A DNA stretch of 64,000 nucleotides from Patescibacteria group bacterium. GTDB taxonomy: Bacteria > Patescibacteriota > Minisyncoccia > Phycocordibacterales > JAKFXT01. Below are positions 19,807-30,533 of the stretch, piece by piece (positions within the stretch are counted from its first letter, which is position 1; the number at the start of each line of letters is the position of its first letter). Made by a program: the position numbers and the translations under genes. The stretch spans positions 1,045 to 65,044 of the forward strand of contig JAKFXT010000008.1 in assembly GCA_021731245.1 (NCBI GenBank). Direction: 5' to 3'. The notes beneath the pieces were generated by a model that saw only the letters and a program-made list of their open reading frames with translations, ran no database searches and was not told the origin of the DNA.

Positions 19807-20136
19807 CTAACCGTTTTTTGATATTTCCTCAATGCGCTGGCGATTCTTTTCCCCCAAATCTAGTTCAAAGGAAAGTCGCGGAAGTCGCCCCGTCTTTATA
19901 TTTTTTTGAGCGTATGCAGAGAATTCTCTTTGTTGACGTTTTAGAAAATCTAGCGCCGCTTCTTCTTTGTGCACAGGAAGAACTGAAACGAATATTTTTC
20001 CAGTTTTTGCATTATCCGATATGACAACGTTGGTTACTGTTATGAGTGAGGTTCCGTTTGAATTTTGTCCAACAAAAATAGACGCCTGTCTTGTTAATTC
20101 TCGTATTAATTTTTCATTTCTAAAATCCGCTGGCAT
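19807..20136 (-). CDS. rbfA: ribosome-binding factor A
   Basis: ITVTNV..S.N...KIFVS and RLPRLSFELD; follows infB. Confidence 0.85.
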   Translation of the reverse strand: MPADFRNEKLIRELTRQASIFVGQNSNGTSLITVTNVVISDNAKTGKIFVSVLPVHKEEAALDFLKRQQREFSAYAQKNIKTGRLPRLSFELDLGEKNRQRIEEISKNG

Positions 20137-20137
20137 A

Positions 20138-21637
20138 TTATTTTATTACTTTCACAATTGATTCTATTATGTCACCGGGCGCAATAGTCGTAACTCCGTC
20201 AATTGAAAGTCCGGCTTCGCCATCCATAATTTTACTTGTCTTAGATTTATTTTGTTGTAATTCATCAATTTTGCCACGGGCAATTTCTACATCTGTTCTT
20301 ATGATACGGACATTATCATTTACAGAAAGTGTTCCACTTAAAACACGTCCTCCAACTACTTGAGATGTTTTTGTGCTACTAAATAATTTCAGAACTTTAA
20401 GTTGCCCTATAGTTTCTTCCACTTCTATTTTAGGAGTTTGTTTCTCAATAGTTTCTTTTAGCCATTCAGTAAGATGATAAATAACATTAAATGTTTTTAT
20501 TATTATATTATTTCTGTCTGCCAAATCTTGCGCTCTGTCTTCTACTTTTACATTGAAACCAAGAATAATAGCACCAGGGAAGGGAAGGGCTTTCTTAGCA
20601 TCATTGTCTGTTATTGTTCCAGCCCCAATTTCAAGAATCTTGAGACAGGCTCTTTCTGTATTTAATTTTTGTACCTCATTTGCTATAGCATCAGCCACTC
20701 CCGCTACATCCGATTTTATTATTATTGGAATAATATGAGCCCCTTCAGTAATTTTGTTTTCTATAATTCCATTTTCTTCTTTGTTTTTTAGAGCGATGAT
20801 TTCTGCCTCTTTTTTATTTTTACAAGAAGTAACTAAGGCTCCCACTTTTGGCAAAGAGCTCCAACCCACAAGTCGTATCGGGGAGGAAAAACTAGCTTCA
20901 CTTATTTTTTTGCCAGTGAAGTCCTCTATCATTTTTAATGGACAAATACTTTTTCCAGATACTACGCACATACCACTTTCAAGTTTTCCATTTTTTATGA
21001 CAACCGTTGCGGTAATTCCTTTTTTTGCATCACGACTTGATTCAATGATAACTCCTTCAAATGGGGAGCTTATATCTCCCTTCAAATCTTCTAAGTCCGA
21101 TAGCAAAAGAATCATTTCTAGAAGTTCTGGAATATTTTCTCCAGTTTTTGCTGATATTAAGACGGAAGGAATATTTCCTCCATAACCTTCTATATAAATT
21201 CCATTTTCTGCTAGATTTTGCTTTGTTTTTTCAATATTAGCGTTCGGCTTGTCAATTTTATTAATTGCAACAAGGTACGGTGTTTCACTTTCTACTATAG
21301 TAGCAAAGGCCTCAAGTGTCTGTGGTTTTACACCGTCCTCAGCTGAAACAATTAAAATAGCGATATCAGCTACAGCAGCTCCGCGTGAGCGCATAGCTTT
21401 AAAAGCGACGTGTCCTGGGGTATCTAGAAAAGTAATTTTCTCAATGTCTCCATTTTCGCGCTTATGCTCTACTTCGTAGGCATTTATATGCTGAGTGATT
21501 CCGCCAAATTCTTTTTCTACAACGTTTGTTTTTCTAATGTAATCAAGGAGAGTCGATTTCCCATGATCAATATGCCCCATTACTGCAATAATGGGTGGGC
21601 GCTTCATAGGAGTTGTTGGCGGTTTTGCAGCTATCAT
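20138..21637 (-). CDS. infB: translation initiation factor IF-2 (lacks the long N-terminal domain)
   Basis: RPPIIAVMGHIDHGKST, GGITQHI, DTPGH, NKID. Confidence 0.96.
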   Translation of the reverse strand: MIAAKPPTTPMKRPPIIAVMGHIDHGKSTLLDYIRKTNVVEKEFGGITQHINAYEVEHKRENGDIEKITFLDTPGHVAFKAMRSRGAAVADIAILIVSAEDGVKPQTLEAFATIVESETPYLVAINKIDKPNANIEKTKQNLAENGIYIEGYGGNIPSVLISAKTGENIPELLEMILLLSDLEDLKGDISSPFEGVIIESSRDAKKGITATVVIKNGKLESGMCVVSGKSICPLKMIEDFTGKKISEASFSSPIRLVGWSSLPKVGALVTSCKNKKEAEIIALKNKEENGIIENKITEGAHIIPIIIKSDVAGVADAIANEVQKLNTERACLKILEIGAGTITDNDAKKALPFPGAIILGFNVKVEDRAQDLADRNNIIIKTFNVIYHLTEWLKETIEKQTPKIEVEETIGQLKVLKLFSSTKTSQVVGGRVLSGTLSVNDNVRIIRTDVEIARGKIDELQQNKSKTSKIMDGEAGLSIDGVTTIAPGDIIESIVKVIK

Positions 21638-21734
21638 AGGTTTGTTTCATAAATGAAGACAGGATGTAGATTGGCATTATACACATTTCGGCCATTTTTG
21701 AAATGGCTCTTTGCTGTGCTAATTTAGCTATATA

Positions 21735-22958
21735 ATGGCTAAAAAAGGGAAACAAAAACGAATATATTTGGATTATGCAGCAGCGACTCCGCTTTCTAAG
21801 AAGGCTTATGATGCGTTGGTAAAAATCAGTAATCCAAAATCAGAGTTTTTTGGCAATCATTCCTCAACCCATAGTGAAGGGGTTTTGGCGCGTGACTTAT
21901 TACTTGAGATAAGGACTGACATCGCTCGTAAAATAGAAGTGCATAAAGACGAAGTTATTTTTACCAGTGGTTCCACTGAAGGCAATAATTTAATTATTCA
22001 GGGTGTATGTAAGGCCGCCGCATTTTCTAGCGGGGTAAAAAGGCCCCACATAATAACAAGTTTTGTAGATCATAGTTCTGTTTTGGAGCCGATTAGAAGT
22101 TTTTTGGAAAAGTATTATGCAGAAGTTGATTATTTAAAACCTCAAGATAATAAAATTTTAGATTTATCGCTTCTAGAAAAAAGTTTAAATGAAAACACAG
22201 TTCTTGTCTCACTTTCTTATGTAAATAGTGAAACTGGAAATATTATTCCTATAAGAGATGTTAGAAGATTAATAAATAAATTTAAAAGTAAATTGGGCCG
22301 TGGAATGAATGATTATCCTTATCTACATGTGGATGCGACACAGGCTGTGAACTCACTTCCTATTAATCCTCATAATATAGGAGCAGATTTTCTTGTTTTT
22401 GATGGTTCTAAAATTTATGCGCCGAAAGGGGTTGGAGTTTTAGTGGCACTCCGAGAAAGAAAAATATACCCAATTATTTTTGGTGGCGGACAAGAAAAAG
22501 GTCTAAGGCCTGGGACTGTGAATTTACCTGCAGTTTTTTCATTACAAATAGCTTTTAATGACAGTCTATTAATTCGCGAAAAAGAAAATAAAAGATTAGA
22601 AATTTTACAAAAATATTTTGAAGATTTATTAAAAAAAGAATTTCCTAATTGTGTAATAAACGGTGAGAGTGAAAAGAGAGTACCCAGCTTTACTAATGTC
22701 TGTATTCCTGGACTTGATGCAGAATATGCCATAGCGCAACTAGATGCTTTGGGAGTAGCCTCATCAAGTGCCAGCGCTTGCCAAAGCACTGGCGGGAGTG
22801 GCTCCTCCTATGTAATTAAAGAACTCTCCAATGGTAAAGATTGTGCGGGAAGCTCCATTCGTTTTTCAATGGGACGAGATACCAAGAGAGGGGATCTAAA
22901 GAAAACAGTAGAATCTTTAAAGAAAGTTGTAAGTTTGCAAAATGTATCTTCCAACTAA
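21735..22958 (+). CDS. cysteine desulfurase (IscS/NifS group I)
   Basis: IYLDYAAATP, FTSGSTEGNN, HVDATQ, SKIYAPKG PLP Lys, SSASAC catalytic Cys. Confidence 0.9.
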   Translation: MAKKGKQKRIYLDYAAATPLSKKAYDALVKISNPKSEFFGNHSSTHSEGVLARDLLLEIRTDIARKIEVHKDEVIFTSGSTEGNNLIIQGVCKAAAFSSGVKRPHIITSFVDHSSVLEPIRSFLEKYYAEVDYLKPQDNKILDLSLLEKSLNENTVLVSLSYVNSETGNIIPIRDVRRLINKFKSKLGRGMNDYPYLHVDATQAVNSLPINPHNIGADFLVFDGSKIYAPKGVGVLVALRERKIYPIIFGGGQEKGLRPGTVNLPAVFSLQIAFNDSLLIREKENKRLEILQKYFEDLLKKEFPNCVINGESEKRVPSFTNVCIPGLDAEYAIAQLDALGVASSSASACQSTGGSGSSYVIKELSNGKDCAGSSIRFSMGRDTKRGDLKKTVESLKKVVSLQNVSSN

Positions 22959-22984
22959 GGTTTTAAGTTGTTATTATATAGGCA

Positions 22985-23854
22985 ATGGATATAAAAGATT
23001 TAAATAAAAACCAAATGGTGCTACTCACATTGCTTCTCAGTTTTGTGACTTCTATTGCTATGTCTGTTATTACAGTTTCACTTCTTCAAGAAAATCCAAC
23101 TACCATAACTCAAACTATAAATAAGGTTGTGGAGAGAACTGTAGAAAAAGTCGTCCCAGTCGTAACGGGTGGTAAAAGCACTGTGACTAAAGAAACAACT
23201 GTAGTTGTTAAAGAAGAAGATTTGATTACAAAATCAATAGATCAAAATAAAAATAAAATTGTAGCCGTTCATGAAAAATCTATTGGTGCTGATGGGGCAG
23301 CTGTGCACTCATTTATTGGCTGGGGCATTATTTTTAATAAAGATGGCGTAATAGCGACAGATAGTTCCTTCATAGCCGATTCAGGAACCTATTCTATTCT
23401 TACCGAAGATGGCGTTTCTTTTGACACGAAGGTTTTGGATCAAAATGAATCAAAAGGCGTAGCGTTACTTTCAGCTATAAGAGAAAAAGACAATAAAGAA
23501 AAGGAAAACTATGTCTTTACTCCAGCATCCTCTGTTAATAGTGATTCTATAAAGTTGGGGCAAACACTAATTGCTTTTGGAGGAAAAGGTAAAAAGGCAG
23601 TTTCTATTGGAATTGTTGGTAATATCATAAATAAAGAAGTAGAAGGAACTTCTTCTAGCACTCCTAAAATAAAAGTAGTAGAAAGTATAGAGGGGAACGT
23701 GTTTCCTCCTAGTAAAGTAAGTGGGGGACCCGTTATGAATTCATTTGGCGAAGTTATAGGTATGGCTGTTACAGGTCTTTGGGTGAGTGGAGATCCTATT
23801 TATCTACCGTTTTCTGTGGTTTCTGAAGTCTACTCTGCAATTCCAAAGTCATAG
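22985..23854 (+). CDS. membrane-anchored trypsin/HtrA-like domain protein, probably catalytically degenerate
   Basis: TM helix, GWGIIF..DGVIATD, LGQ.LIAFG, SGGPVMNSFGEVIG; the His of TNAHV is missing. Confidence 0.7.
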   Translation: MDIKDLNKNQMVLLTLLLSFVTSIAMSVITVSLLQENPTTITQTINKVVERTVEKVVPVVTGGKSTVTKETTVVVKEEDLITKSIDQNKNKIVAVHEKSIGADGAAVHSFIGWGIIFNKDGVIATDSSFIADSGTYSILTEDGVSFDTKVLDQNESKGVALLSAIREKDNKEKENYVFTPASSVNSDSIKLGQTLIAFGGKGKKAVSIGIVGNIINKEVEGTSSSTPKIKVVESIEGNVFPPSKVSGGPVMNSFGEVIGMAVTGLWVSGDPIYLPFSVVSEVYSAIPKS

Positions 23855-23923
23855 CTCTCTCATAAGTTGGTTGTTTTTTGATTAAATTTGACTAAATAAT
23901 TTTATCAACTAATGTAAATATAT

Positions 23924-26605
23924 ATGTTGCCATTTGAACACTTTACATCACGTGCCCGCGACGCTATACGCAAAGCTCATGAGCTTGCAGTTGAAAAAGG
24001 CATAAACCAAGTAAATCCAAATCATTTGGCTTTGGCGCTTTTGATGCAGGAAGAAAGCACAATTTATTCTATTTTTGAAGTATTAGAAATTGATGGTGCC
24101 GCTGTGATGGATTCTCTTTTGGAAACTGCAGAAAGTGGAGATTCCGGCCAAACTCTTTCTCCCTCATTTCAAATTTATTTAACACCGGAACTCGCTCAAA
24201 TTTTGGAGCACTCTGGAAAAGTCGCGCGCAATCTAGAAGATGAGTTCGTGGGTGTGGAACATCTATTTCTTGCGCTTTTAGAAGTTGCTTCAACTACCAA
24301 AGATTTGTTTACACGTTTCCGATTAAATAAAGATTTAGTTTTGAAGGTTGTTAACGAAATTCGCAAAGGGAAGATTAAAGATGCTCCTCAAGAAAAGAAA
24401 TTTCGTGTAATACAAAAGTATGCGAGAAACTTAACTAAGCTTGCTGCGGAAAATAAATTAGATCCAGTTATTGGGCGTGATACAGAAATATCTCGCATAA
24501 TGCAAATACTTTCTCGTCGCACCAAGAATAACCCTATTTTGATTGGAGAAGCGGGGGTAGGAAAAACTGCAATAGTAGAAGGTCTTGCCAATCGCATTGC
24601 AGCCGGTGATGTACCGGACTCACTTAAAAATAAAGAACTTATTTCACTCGACTTGGGGCTATTGATTGCTGGGACTAAGTATCGCGGTGAATTTGAAGAA
24701 CGGCTTAAATCAATTATGAAAGAAGTAGAACGTTCTGAAGGTAAGATTATAGTTTTTATAGATGAGATTCACACTATTGTTGGTGCAGGAGCCGCGGAAG
24801 GAGCAATGGACGCATCAAATATGCTAAAGCCAGCTTTGGCTCGCGGAGAACTCCGTGCAATTGGTGCAACAACAATAAAAGAATATCAAAAGCATATTGA
24901 GAAAGACCCAGCCTTGACGAGACGTTTTCAACCAGTTTATGTATTAGAGCCATCAGTAGAAGATGCCATTGCGGTTCTCCGTGGACTTAAAGAAAAATAC
25001 GAACTTTATCATGGTGTGCACATATCAGACGACGCGCTTATTGCGGCTGTGCAATTTTCTAGTCGGTATATTACAGATAGATATTTACCAGATAAGGCGG
25101 TGGACTTGATTGATGAAGCGGCGTCAGCCCTTCGCATTGCGCTTGAAAGCAAACCTCCAATTTTGGAAGAAACACACAGAAAGATAATGCGTCTTGAAAT
25201 TGAAAAAGAGGCTTTGAAAAAAGAAGCAGGAACCAGTGAAGGTAAAAACGCTAAAATTCGTGTTAAAGCGATTGATAAAGATATAGCGGACCTAAAAGAA
25301 AAAACTCACGACATCGAGCTTCGTTGGGGGAATGAGAAAGAACTTTTAGGAAGTATCAGAGAATTGAAAAAACAATTAGAACAACTTCGAGTTGATGCAG
25401 AAAACGCTGAAGTAAAATCAGATTTAGCAAAGGCCGCCGAAATTCGTTATGGCAAAATTCCAGAACTTACCAGTGAGCTTTCTGTAAAAATTAAAAAAAT
25501 AGAAAAATTACAACGCTCACGCCGTATTTTAAAAGAATCAATCACAGAACAAGAAATTGCCGATGTTGTTTCTCGTTGGACTGGAATACCAGTAAACAGA
25601 ATGCTTGAAGAAGAAGCGGAAAAGCTTGGCAGAATGGAAGAAGAATTGAAAAAGAGAATTGTAGGACAAGATGATGCCGTTAAGAAAATATCTGACGCTG
25701 TGCGACGCTCTCGTGCCGGTATTGCGGACCCAAACCGCCCTATTGGTTCATTTATTTTCTTAGGACCAACAGGTGTAGGAAAGACAGAGCTTACTAAAGC
25801 ACTTGCAGAATTTATGTTTGATACAGAAAAAGCTCTTATAAGAGTAGATATGTCTGAATATATGGAACGTCACGCTGTTTCTAAAATGATAGGTTCACCC
25901 CCAGGGTACGTTGGATATGACGAAGGAGGTGCTCTTACCGAAACTGTGCGTCACAGGCCATATTCAGTGATTCTGCTTGATGAAATAGAGAAAGCGCACC
26001 CAGAAGTGTTTAACCTACTGCTTCAGGTTTTTGATAATGGACGTCTCACAGATTCAAAGGGACGTGTCGCAAACTTCAAAAATTGTGTAATCGTTATGAC
26101 TTCAAATATCGGAGCACAATATATAGATAAGATGGAGCATATAGGTTTTTCTAGTGACAGAGGTAATGATGAAAAAGAATATAATTTGGCAAAAGAAAAA
26201 GTAGAGGAGTCGCTCAAAGAACACTTCCGTCCAGAATTCTTAAATCGCATTGATGACATTATTATGTTTGATATTTTGAAACCTGAAGCAATTAAAAATA
26301 TTGTTGGTATTCAAATTGATTTAGTTCGCACTCGTCTGAAAGAAAGGGGAATTGAACTTGTTCTTGAAGAATCCGTCATGGAACTTCTAAGTAAAGAAGG
26401 TTATGACCCACATTATGGAGCGCGCCCTTTGAAGCGATTAATTCAAAACAAAATACTTACACCGATTGCTAATTTTATGATTGGTAAAAATGTTATGGAA
26501 GGCGGAATGGTAACTATCGGTGTTAAAAATGGTGAATTTACTTTTGATGTAAAAAAGGGTAGAGGTGTTCGAATTACTGTTCCGAAAGAAACTGTAAAAG
26601 CTTAA
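23924..26605 (+). CDS. clpB: ATP-dependent chaperone ClpB
   Basis: Two AAA modules ([16 protein letters not shown]) and a long coiled-coil M domain with AAEIRYG. Confidence 0.93.
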   Translation: MLPFEHFTSRARDAIRKAHELAVEKGINQVNPNHLALALLMQEESTIYSIFEVLEIDGAAVMDSLLETAESGDSGQTLSPSFQIYLTPELAQILEHSGKVARNLEDEFVGVEHLFLALLEVASTTKDLFTRFRLNKDLVLKVVNEIRKGKIKDAPQEKKFRVIQKYARNLTKLAAENKLDPVIGRDTEISRIMQILSRRTKNNPILIGEAGVGKTAIVEGLANRIAAGDVPDSLKNKELISLDLGLLIAGTKYRGEFEERLKSIMKEVERSEGKIIVFIDEIHTIVGAGAAEGAMDASNMLKPALARGELRAIGATTIKEYQKHIEKDPALTRRFQPVYVLEPSVEDAIAVLRGLKEKYELYHGVHISDDALIAAVQFSSRYITDRYLPDKAVDLIDEAASALRIALESKPPILEETHRKIMRLEIEKEALKKEAGTSEGKNAKIRVKAIDKDIADLKEKTHDIELRWGNEKELLGSIRELKKQLEQLRVDAENAEVKSDLAKAAEIRYGKIPELTSELSVKIKKIEKLQRSRRILKESITEQEIADVVSRWTGIPVNRMLEEEAEKLGRMEEELKKRIVGQDDAVKKISDAVRRSRAGIADPNRPIGSFIFLGPTGVGKTELTKALAEFMFDTEKALIRVDMSEYMERHAVSKMIGSPPGYVGYDEGGALTETVRHRPYSVILLDEIEKAHPEVFNLLLQVFDNGRLTDSKGRVANFKNCVIVMTSNIGAQYIDKMEHIGFSSDRGNDEKEYNLAKEKVEESLKEHFRPEFLNRIDDIIMFDILKPEAIKNIVGIQIDLVRTRLKERGIELVLEESVMELLSKEGYDPHYGARPLKRLIQNKILTPIANFMIGKNVMEGGMVTIGVKNGEFTFDVKKGRGVRITVPKETVKA

Positions 26606-26647
26606 TTAAAAATCCCTAACTTAAAGTTAGGGATTTTTAATTTTATC

Positions 26648-26797
26648 TGGTGCGGACACGAATAAATTTCCTGACGGAAATTTTTTGCGATCCCCGGCTC
26701 GATATTTTTGCCTTTGCTTTACGCAAAACAAAAATATATCTGCGCCCACGCACAAGTACGAAAAAATCCCAAGAAGTTGGGATTTTATTTCGTCTAG
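26648..26797 (-). repeat. tRNA-linked structured repeat (family A) 3' of tRNA-Tyr
   Basis: GGGGATCGCAAAAAATTTCCGTCAGGAAATTTATTCGTGTCC core; AAATCCCAAG.AGTTGGGATTT hairpin shared with 19027-19051. Confidence 0.75.
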
Positions 26798-26881
26798 TGC
26801 GTCGGGCAGGATTCGAACCTGCGTAGCCCATTGGGCGACAGATTTACAGTCTGTTGCGATTGACCGCTCCGCCACCGACGC
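26798..26881 (-). tRNA. tRNA-Tyr(GTA)
   Basis: GCGTCGG/CCGACGC-A, ACAGA-CTGTAAA-TCTGT, long variable arm. Confidence 0.95.
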
Positions 26882-26981
26882 ATTTTCGCTTTTCGTAAAT
26901 ATTAAAATACCTCACTTATCATTAAATTGCAAAAGAAAAGACCGTCACACGCTTTCGCGCATGACGGCCGATTGATCGTTT

Positions 26982-28001
26982 TCAACGCCATCTCTTTCTG
27001 AGTATTTTTTCTTCTGTGAAGAAGGCGTCGAACTTTTTTTCAAATGTACCTCCCATCCCAGTCGAGACTCCTCCGAAGGGACCACCAAAGGAAGTGTTCT
27101 GATAAGAATGTGGATTTGTAGTGTTGCCGGTTGGAAATTCCCTATTGAGGTAGCCGAGTGCGACTGCGGGCCCAGCAGAAAGGTTCCTTGGATCCATGAT
27201 GAACGCGATGTTTATGGCCACTCCGCCCTCATGCCTTAAAGAAAAACCGGGCATAAGGCCGATGAACGGCAGCGTTTTATGGATCTCTTTCGTGTAATAG
27301 CTTCCCGCACAAGAGGCTACGGCAGGAGACAAGGAGAAGCCCCATGCTTCAATAAGCGAAACCTCCAACCCAGGGCAAAAGGTTGTAGCCAAACCGTTCT
27401 TGGTGTTTTTCAGGGCGTTGGCTTCAAAGAAAAAATCACTTCCCTCGAAAAGAAAATCCTTTCCGAACTGAATTTTCAGGCCAACTCCCGCGTTTTCTTC
27501 GTTGCAGATTTTTCCTCTTTTTTTGTCGTTTACGCACGGAATGAAATGCTGAGCTGCCCCGAAGGTGTTTAGCGAAACATTCAAGCCGCTAAGAGAGGAA
27601 AATTTCCCAAGCGCACTCCAAGTCGGCTGTGCCAACTCCGGAGGGACCATCATTCCTTGTGCACGTGACAGCAGGCGCCCTTTCATCATGGCTTCAGTTT
27701 GAATCACTACAGATGCTTGGGGATTGAAGCCGGTTTCCCACGCAGAAATTCTTGCGCTGCTAGATGGGAAGTTTCCCGAAAAGGAAACGCGAGTTTCTGT
27801 TTCGGGGGGATTTACTTGTGCAGGTCTCACATCCTGGAACGATGTGGCGTACACAGGCTCGTGATACGTGCCATCATCGGTTCCAATCCCAGCCCCCACT
27901 ATTTCCGGAGGAGGAGGAACGTCGCGCCCATGTTCCATCACGGCACAACCAGACAAAGACAAATTCAGTACGGCAGAAACAAAAGCAATTGTATTTTTCA
28001 C
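26982..28001 (-). CDS. putative lipoprotein with a C-terminal beta-barrel-like (PagP-like) region, GC-rich
   Basis: GTG start after GGAGG, lipobox LSGC, H...NEENAGVG...KNT pattern. Confidence 0.6.
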   Translation of the reverse strand: MKNTIAFVSAVLNLSLSGCAVMEHGRDVPPPPEIVGAGIGTDDGTYHEPVYATSFQDVRPAQVNPPETETRVSFSGNFPSSSARISAWETGFNPQASVVIQTEAMMKGRLLSRAQGMMVPPELAQPTWSALGKFSSLSGLNVSLNTFGAAQHFIPCVNDKKRGKICNEENAGVGLKIQFGKDFLFEGSDFFFEANALKNTKNGLATTFCPGLEVSLIEAWGFSLSPAVASCAGSYYTKEIHKTLPFIGLMPGFSLRHEGGVAINIAFIMDPRNLSAGPAVALGYLNREFPTGNTTNPHSYQNTSFGGPFGGVSTGMGGTFEKKFDAFFTEEKILRKRWR

Positions 28002-28153
28002 ATTCCCTCCGGTCTTTTTGTGGAATTGCGGAAGAAAGCCCCTGACAGGTTCAGATAACTAAAGTGCCAAAGAACCCACCTTAGAGTATGGTGCACCTTT
28101 CATAATTAGTGGTCAATAGAGACAGGAAATATTTAAATTATATAAATTAATAA

Positions 28154-28184
28154 GACCCTGGTCACGCGTAGCGCGACCAGGGTC
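28154..28184 (-). terminator. GC hairpin terminator
   Basis: GACCCTGGTC..GACCAGGGTC downstream of the 28259-28648 ORF. Confidence 0.7.
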
Positions 28185-28258
28185 AGTTGATTGGGTGCCC
28201 AGGTTACAAGGCACAGCTCAAACAAACGTTTGTGGGGATGAAGCTTGGTGAAGCAACT

Positions 28259-28648
28259 TCAGAAGCTGATGAAGTACGTACCGCCCGATTTGAGCGTGGC
28301 CAGGATGCCGGTCGGAATGACCGTTTCAGCCATGAAGGCGGCAGAAATCCTGGCACAAATCCCGAGAGCCATGATTGCGAGAAGGCTCTCCCGTACAACA
28401 TCGCTCATGATGTAGGACGGATTTCCGCTCCTGAGTGAATCCGGGGAAAGGTGAACGAGGATTTCTTTCGGTCCTTGATCTCTCCATTCCTTGTACGGAA
28501 TCAGTCTTCTCGAGGTGCTGGGGCCGTCCTGGAGATTGGTGACGACGCCCTGCACTTTCTTGCTGAAATCGATTTCTTCCGCCGTCGGAATTGGCACAAC
28601 TTTCTTGGGCGGTCCGCTGTACCTCTTGAACATCTGATGCTCTAGCAT
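28259..28648 (-). CDS. hypothetical protein (GC-rich orphan)
   Basis: ATG after GGGGGAAAG; upstream TTTACA-16-TATATT promoter and GTTCTTT leader motif. Confidence 0.6.
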   Translation of the reverse strand: MLEHQMFKRYSGPPKKVVPIPTAEEIDFSKKVQGVVTNLQDGPSTSRRLIPYKEWRDQGPKEILVHLSPDSLRSGNPSYIMSDVVRESLLAIMALGICARISAAFMAETVIPTGILATLKSGGTYFISF

Positions 28649-28770
28649 GTCTTTCCCCCGAAATTGTTTCTACATATAAAGAACTACCCCTGTATCCGGA
28701 ATTTCGTTTCGCTCCGGAATTTTTCAAATATACTCCTAACCAAATTAATGTAAACCCCCTCTATGCACTT

Positions 28771-30531
28771 CTACTGCGCACGTTTTACAGAATAAATTAG
28801 TATTGGTTTTGATTTTCCTTTTACTACCACTTCACCAAGTGGTTTTGTTTCAAATTTTGTTTTATCTTTTATTTTTTCTAGAGTCGTGTCCCCAATAATT
28901 AAAGGTGTTTTATAATCTTTAGTTATTCCTTCAATGCGTGAACCTGCGTTCACGGTGTCCCCAATAGCCGTGTAATCAAATCTATGTTCAGAGCCAACAT
29001 TTCCGACAACCGCTTTTCCTGTATAAATTCCAACACCTATCGCAATTTCTGGGTCTCCCTGCGCACGAAGCACTACATTTAACTCATCAAGTGCCTCCAG
29101 CATTCCAAGCCCCGCCTCAACAGCTTTATCTGCTTGTAGAGGTTCATCAAGTGGAGCTCCCCAAAATGCCATAATAGCGTCTCCAATGTACTTATCTAAA
29201 ACTCCATCTTTTTCTATTATTTTTTTCGTTACAGCTGAAAAATACATATTTAAAATTCGGACGAGTTCAGTGGGTGTTGTTTTTTCTGAAATAGAAGTGA
29301 ATCCGCGAATATCAGAAAAAAGGACTGTAATTTCTTTTTCTTCTCCTCCTAAAACAACTTTTTCAGGAGAACTTAATAATTCGTCCAGTACATGAGGAGA
29401 AACATATTTAGAAAATGTGGCTTTAATAATTTTTCTTTCTTTTTCTCCAATAAGAGATCTGTATAGCCCCAAAGAAAGTGTCGTTAATACCCAAGAGAGT
29501 GTTATGTGAATCATATTGACCACAACCCCCTTATCGAAAAGAATAATCGTGGCAACAAGATAAACGACACCGATTATTACATTTACCAAAACGACAAATT
29601 CAATGCGTCTTATAAAGAAGAACAAAAGACAAGAAATAGTAGATGCAAATAAAATCCAAATTAAAGTTAAGTAAGTTTTTAAATCAGTAAGGGAAATGTT
29701 ATTGATAAGCATATTCACAATGTGCCCGTGTATTTCTACCCCAGACATTTCAAGTCCTGCGCCCGTCGGTGTTTTCTGTGAATCATGCAAGCTTGGCGCG
29801 GTGGCACCAAGTAATACAATTTTATCTTTCAGAGTTTCAGCGCTGTCCCCATATAGAACATCTGCAAAAGATATTGTTCTAATGCTTGAGGCGCCACCTG
29901 CAAAATAAATCCTCTCAGGATTCTCTGTACGATTTGTAATTGGTAAATTTGAAACTGAAAGCAGTTTTTCTGCAAAAGGAGCTACTGAGGTATCGGCATT
30001 TTCTAGGTTACTTTTGAAATATTTCCTAGTAACTCCGTCATTGTCTGTTATTACATTGACAAGTCCTAAACTTGTATTTTTAGTTTTAAATTCAGGAAGA
30101 GGTGTGAGTAGGGAATTAGCAAAGAGTTTCCCTTCATCGTTTAAATTCAATTTATCAGCTTGTGTTGCTAGAACTACTGGATAATTAATTTTGGTAAATG
30201 CATTTGATAAATAAACATCATCAAATTTACCAAGGCGTGACTCTTCGCTCCAAATAACATCAATACCAAGTGATATTGGTTTATTTGTATTTAATTTTTC
30301 TACAAAGTCAGCGAAGACTTTTCTTGGCCATGGCCACTGACCAATTTGCTGAATTGATTTATCATCAATTGCCACAATTACAATGCGAGAGGCAATTGGT
30401 TTAGGCGAAAACAGAGTGTCTTCAAGGAATGTCTCTATTCCGTGAAAAAGGCCTCCTACATAGGAAAAAGAAACCAAAATGGCTATGAGTAGGGTGATTG
30501 AAAGATATTTTACTCTCTCACTTTTGTTCAT
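28771..30531 (-). CDS. CHASE2-domain class III adenylate/guanylate cyclase
   Basis: IVAIDDKS..IGQWPWPR CHASE2, 3 TM, FSDIRGFT, DKYIGDAIMA, GDTVN..SRIEG. Confidence 0.93.
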   Translation of the reverse strand: MNKSERVKYLSITLLIAILVSFSYVGGLFHGIETFLEDTLFSPKPIASRIVIVAIDDKSIQQIGQWPWPRKVFADFVEKLNTNKPISLGIDVIWSEESRLGKFDDVYLSNAFTKINYPVVLATQADKLNLNDEGKLFANSLLTPLPEFKTKNTSLGLVNVITDNDGVTRKYFKSNLENADTSVAPFAEKLLSVSNLPITNRTENPERIYFAGGASSIRTISFADVLYGDSAETLKDKIVLLGATAPSLHDSQKTPTGAGLEMSGVEIHGHIVNMLINNISLTDLKTYLTLIWILFASTISCLLFFFIRRIEFVVLVNVIIGVVYLVATIILFDKGVVVNMIHITLSWVLTTLSLGLYRSLIGEKERKIIKATFSKYVSPHVLDELLSSPEKVVLGGEEKEITVLFSDIRGFTSISEKTTPTELVRILNMYFSAVTKKIIEKDGVLDKYIGDAIMAFWGAPLDEPLQADKAVEAGLGMLEALDELNVVLRAQGDPEIAIGVGIYTGKAVVGNVGSEHRFDYTAIGDTVNAGSRIEGITKDYKTPLIIGDTTLEKIKDKTKFETKPLGEVVVKGKSKPILIYSVKRAQ

Positions 30532-30533
30532 GC

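Noticed and set aside
28204-28727. Alternative ORFs 28204-28401, 28326-28727 and 28187-28438
   Set aside because: Only 28259-28648 has an ATG with a purine-rich SD downstream of the promoter
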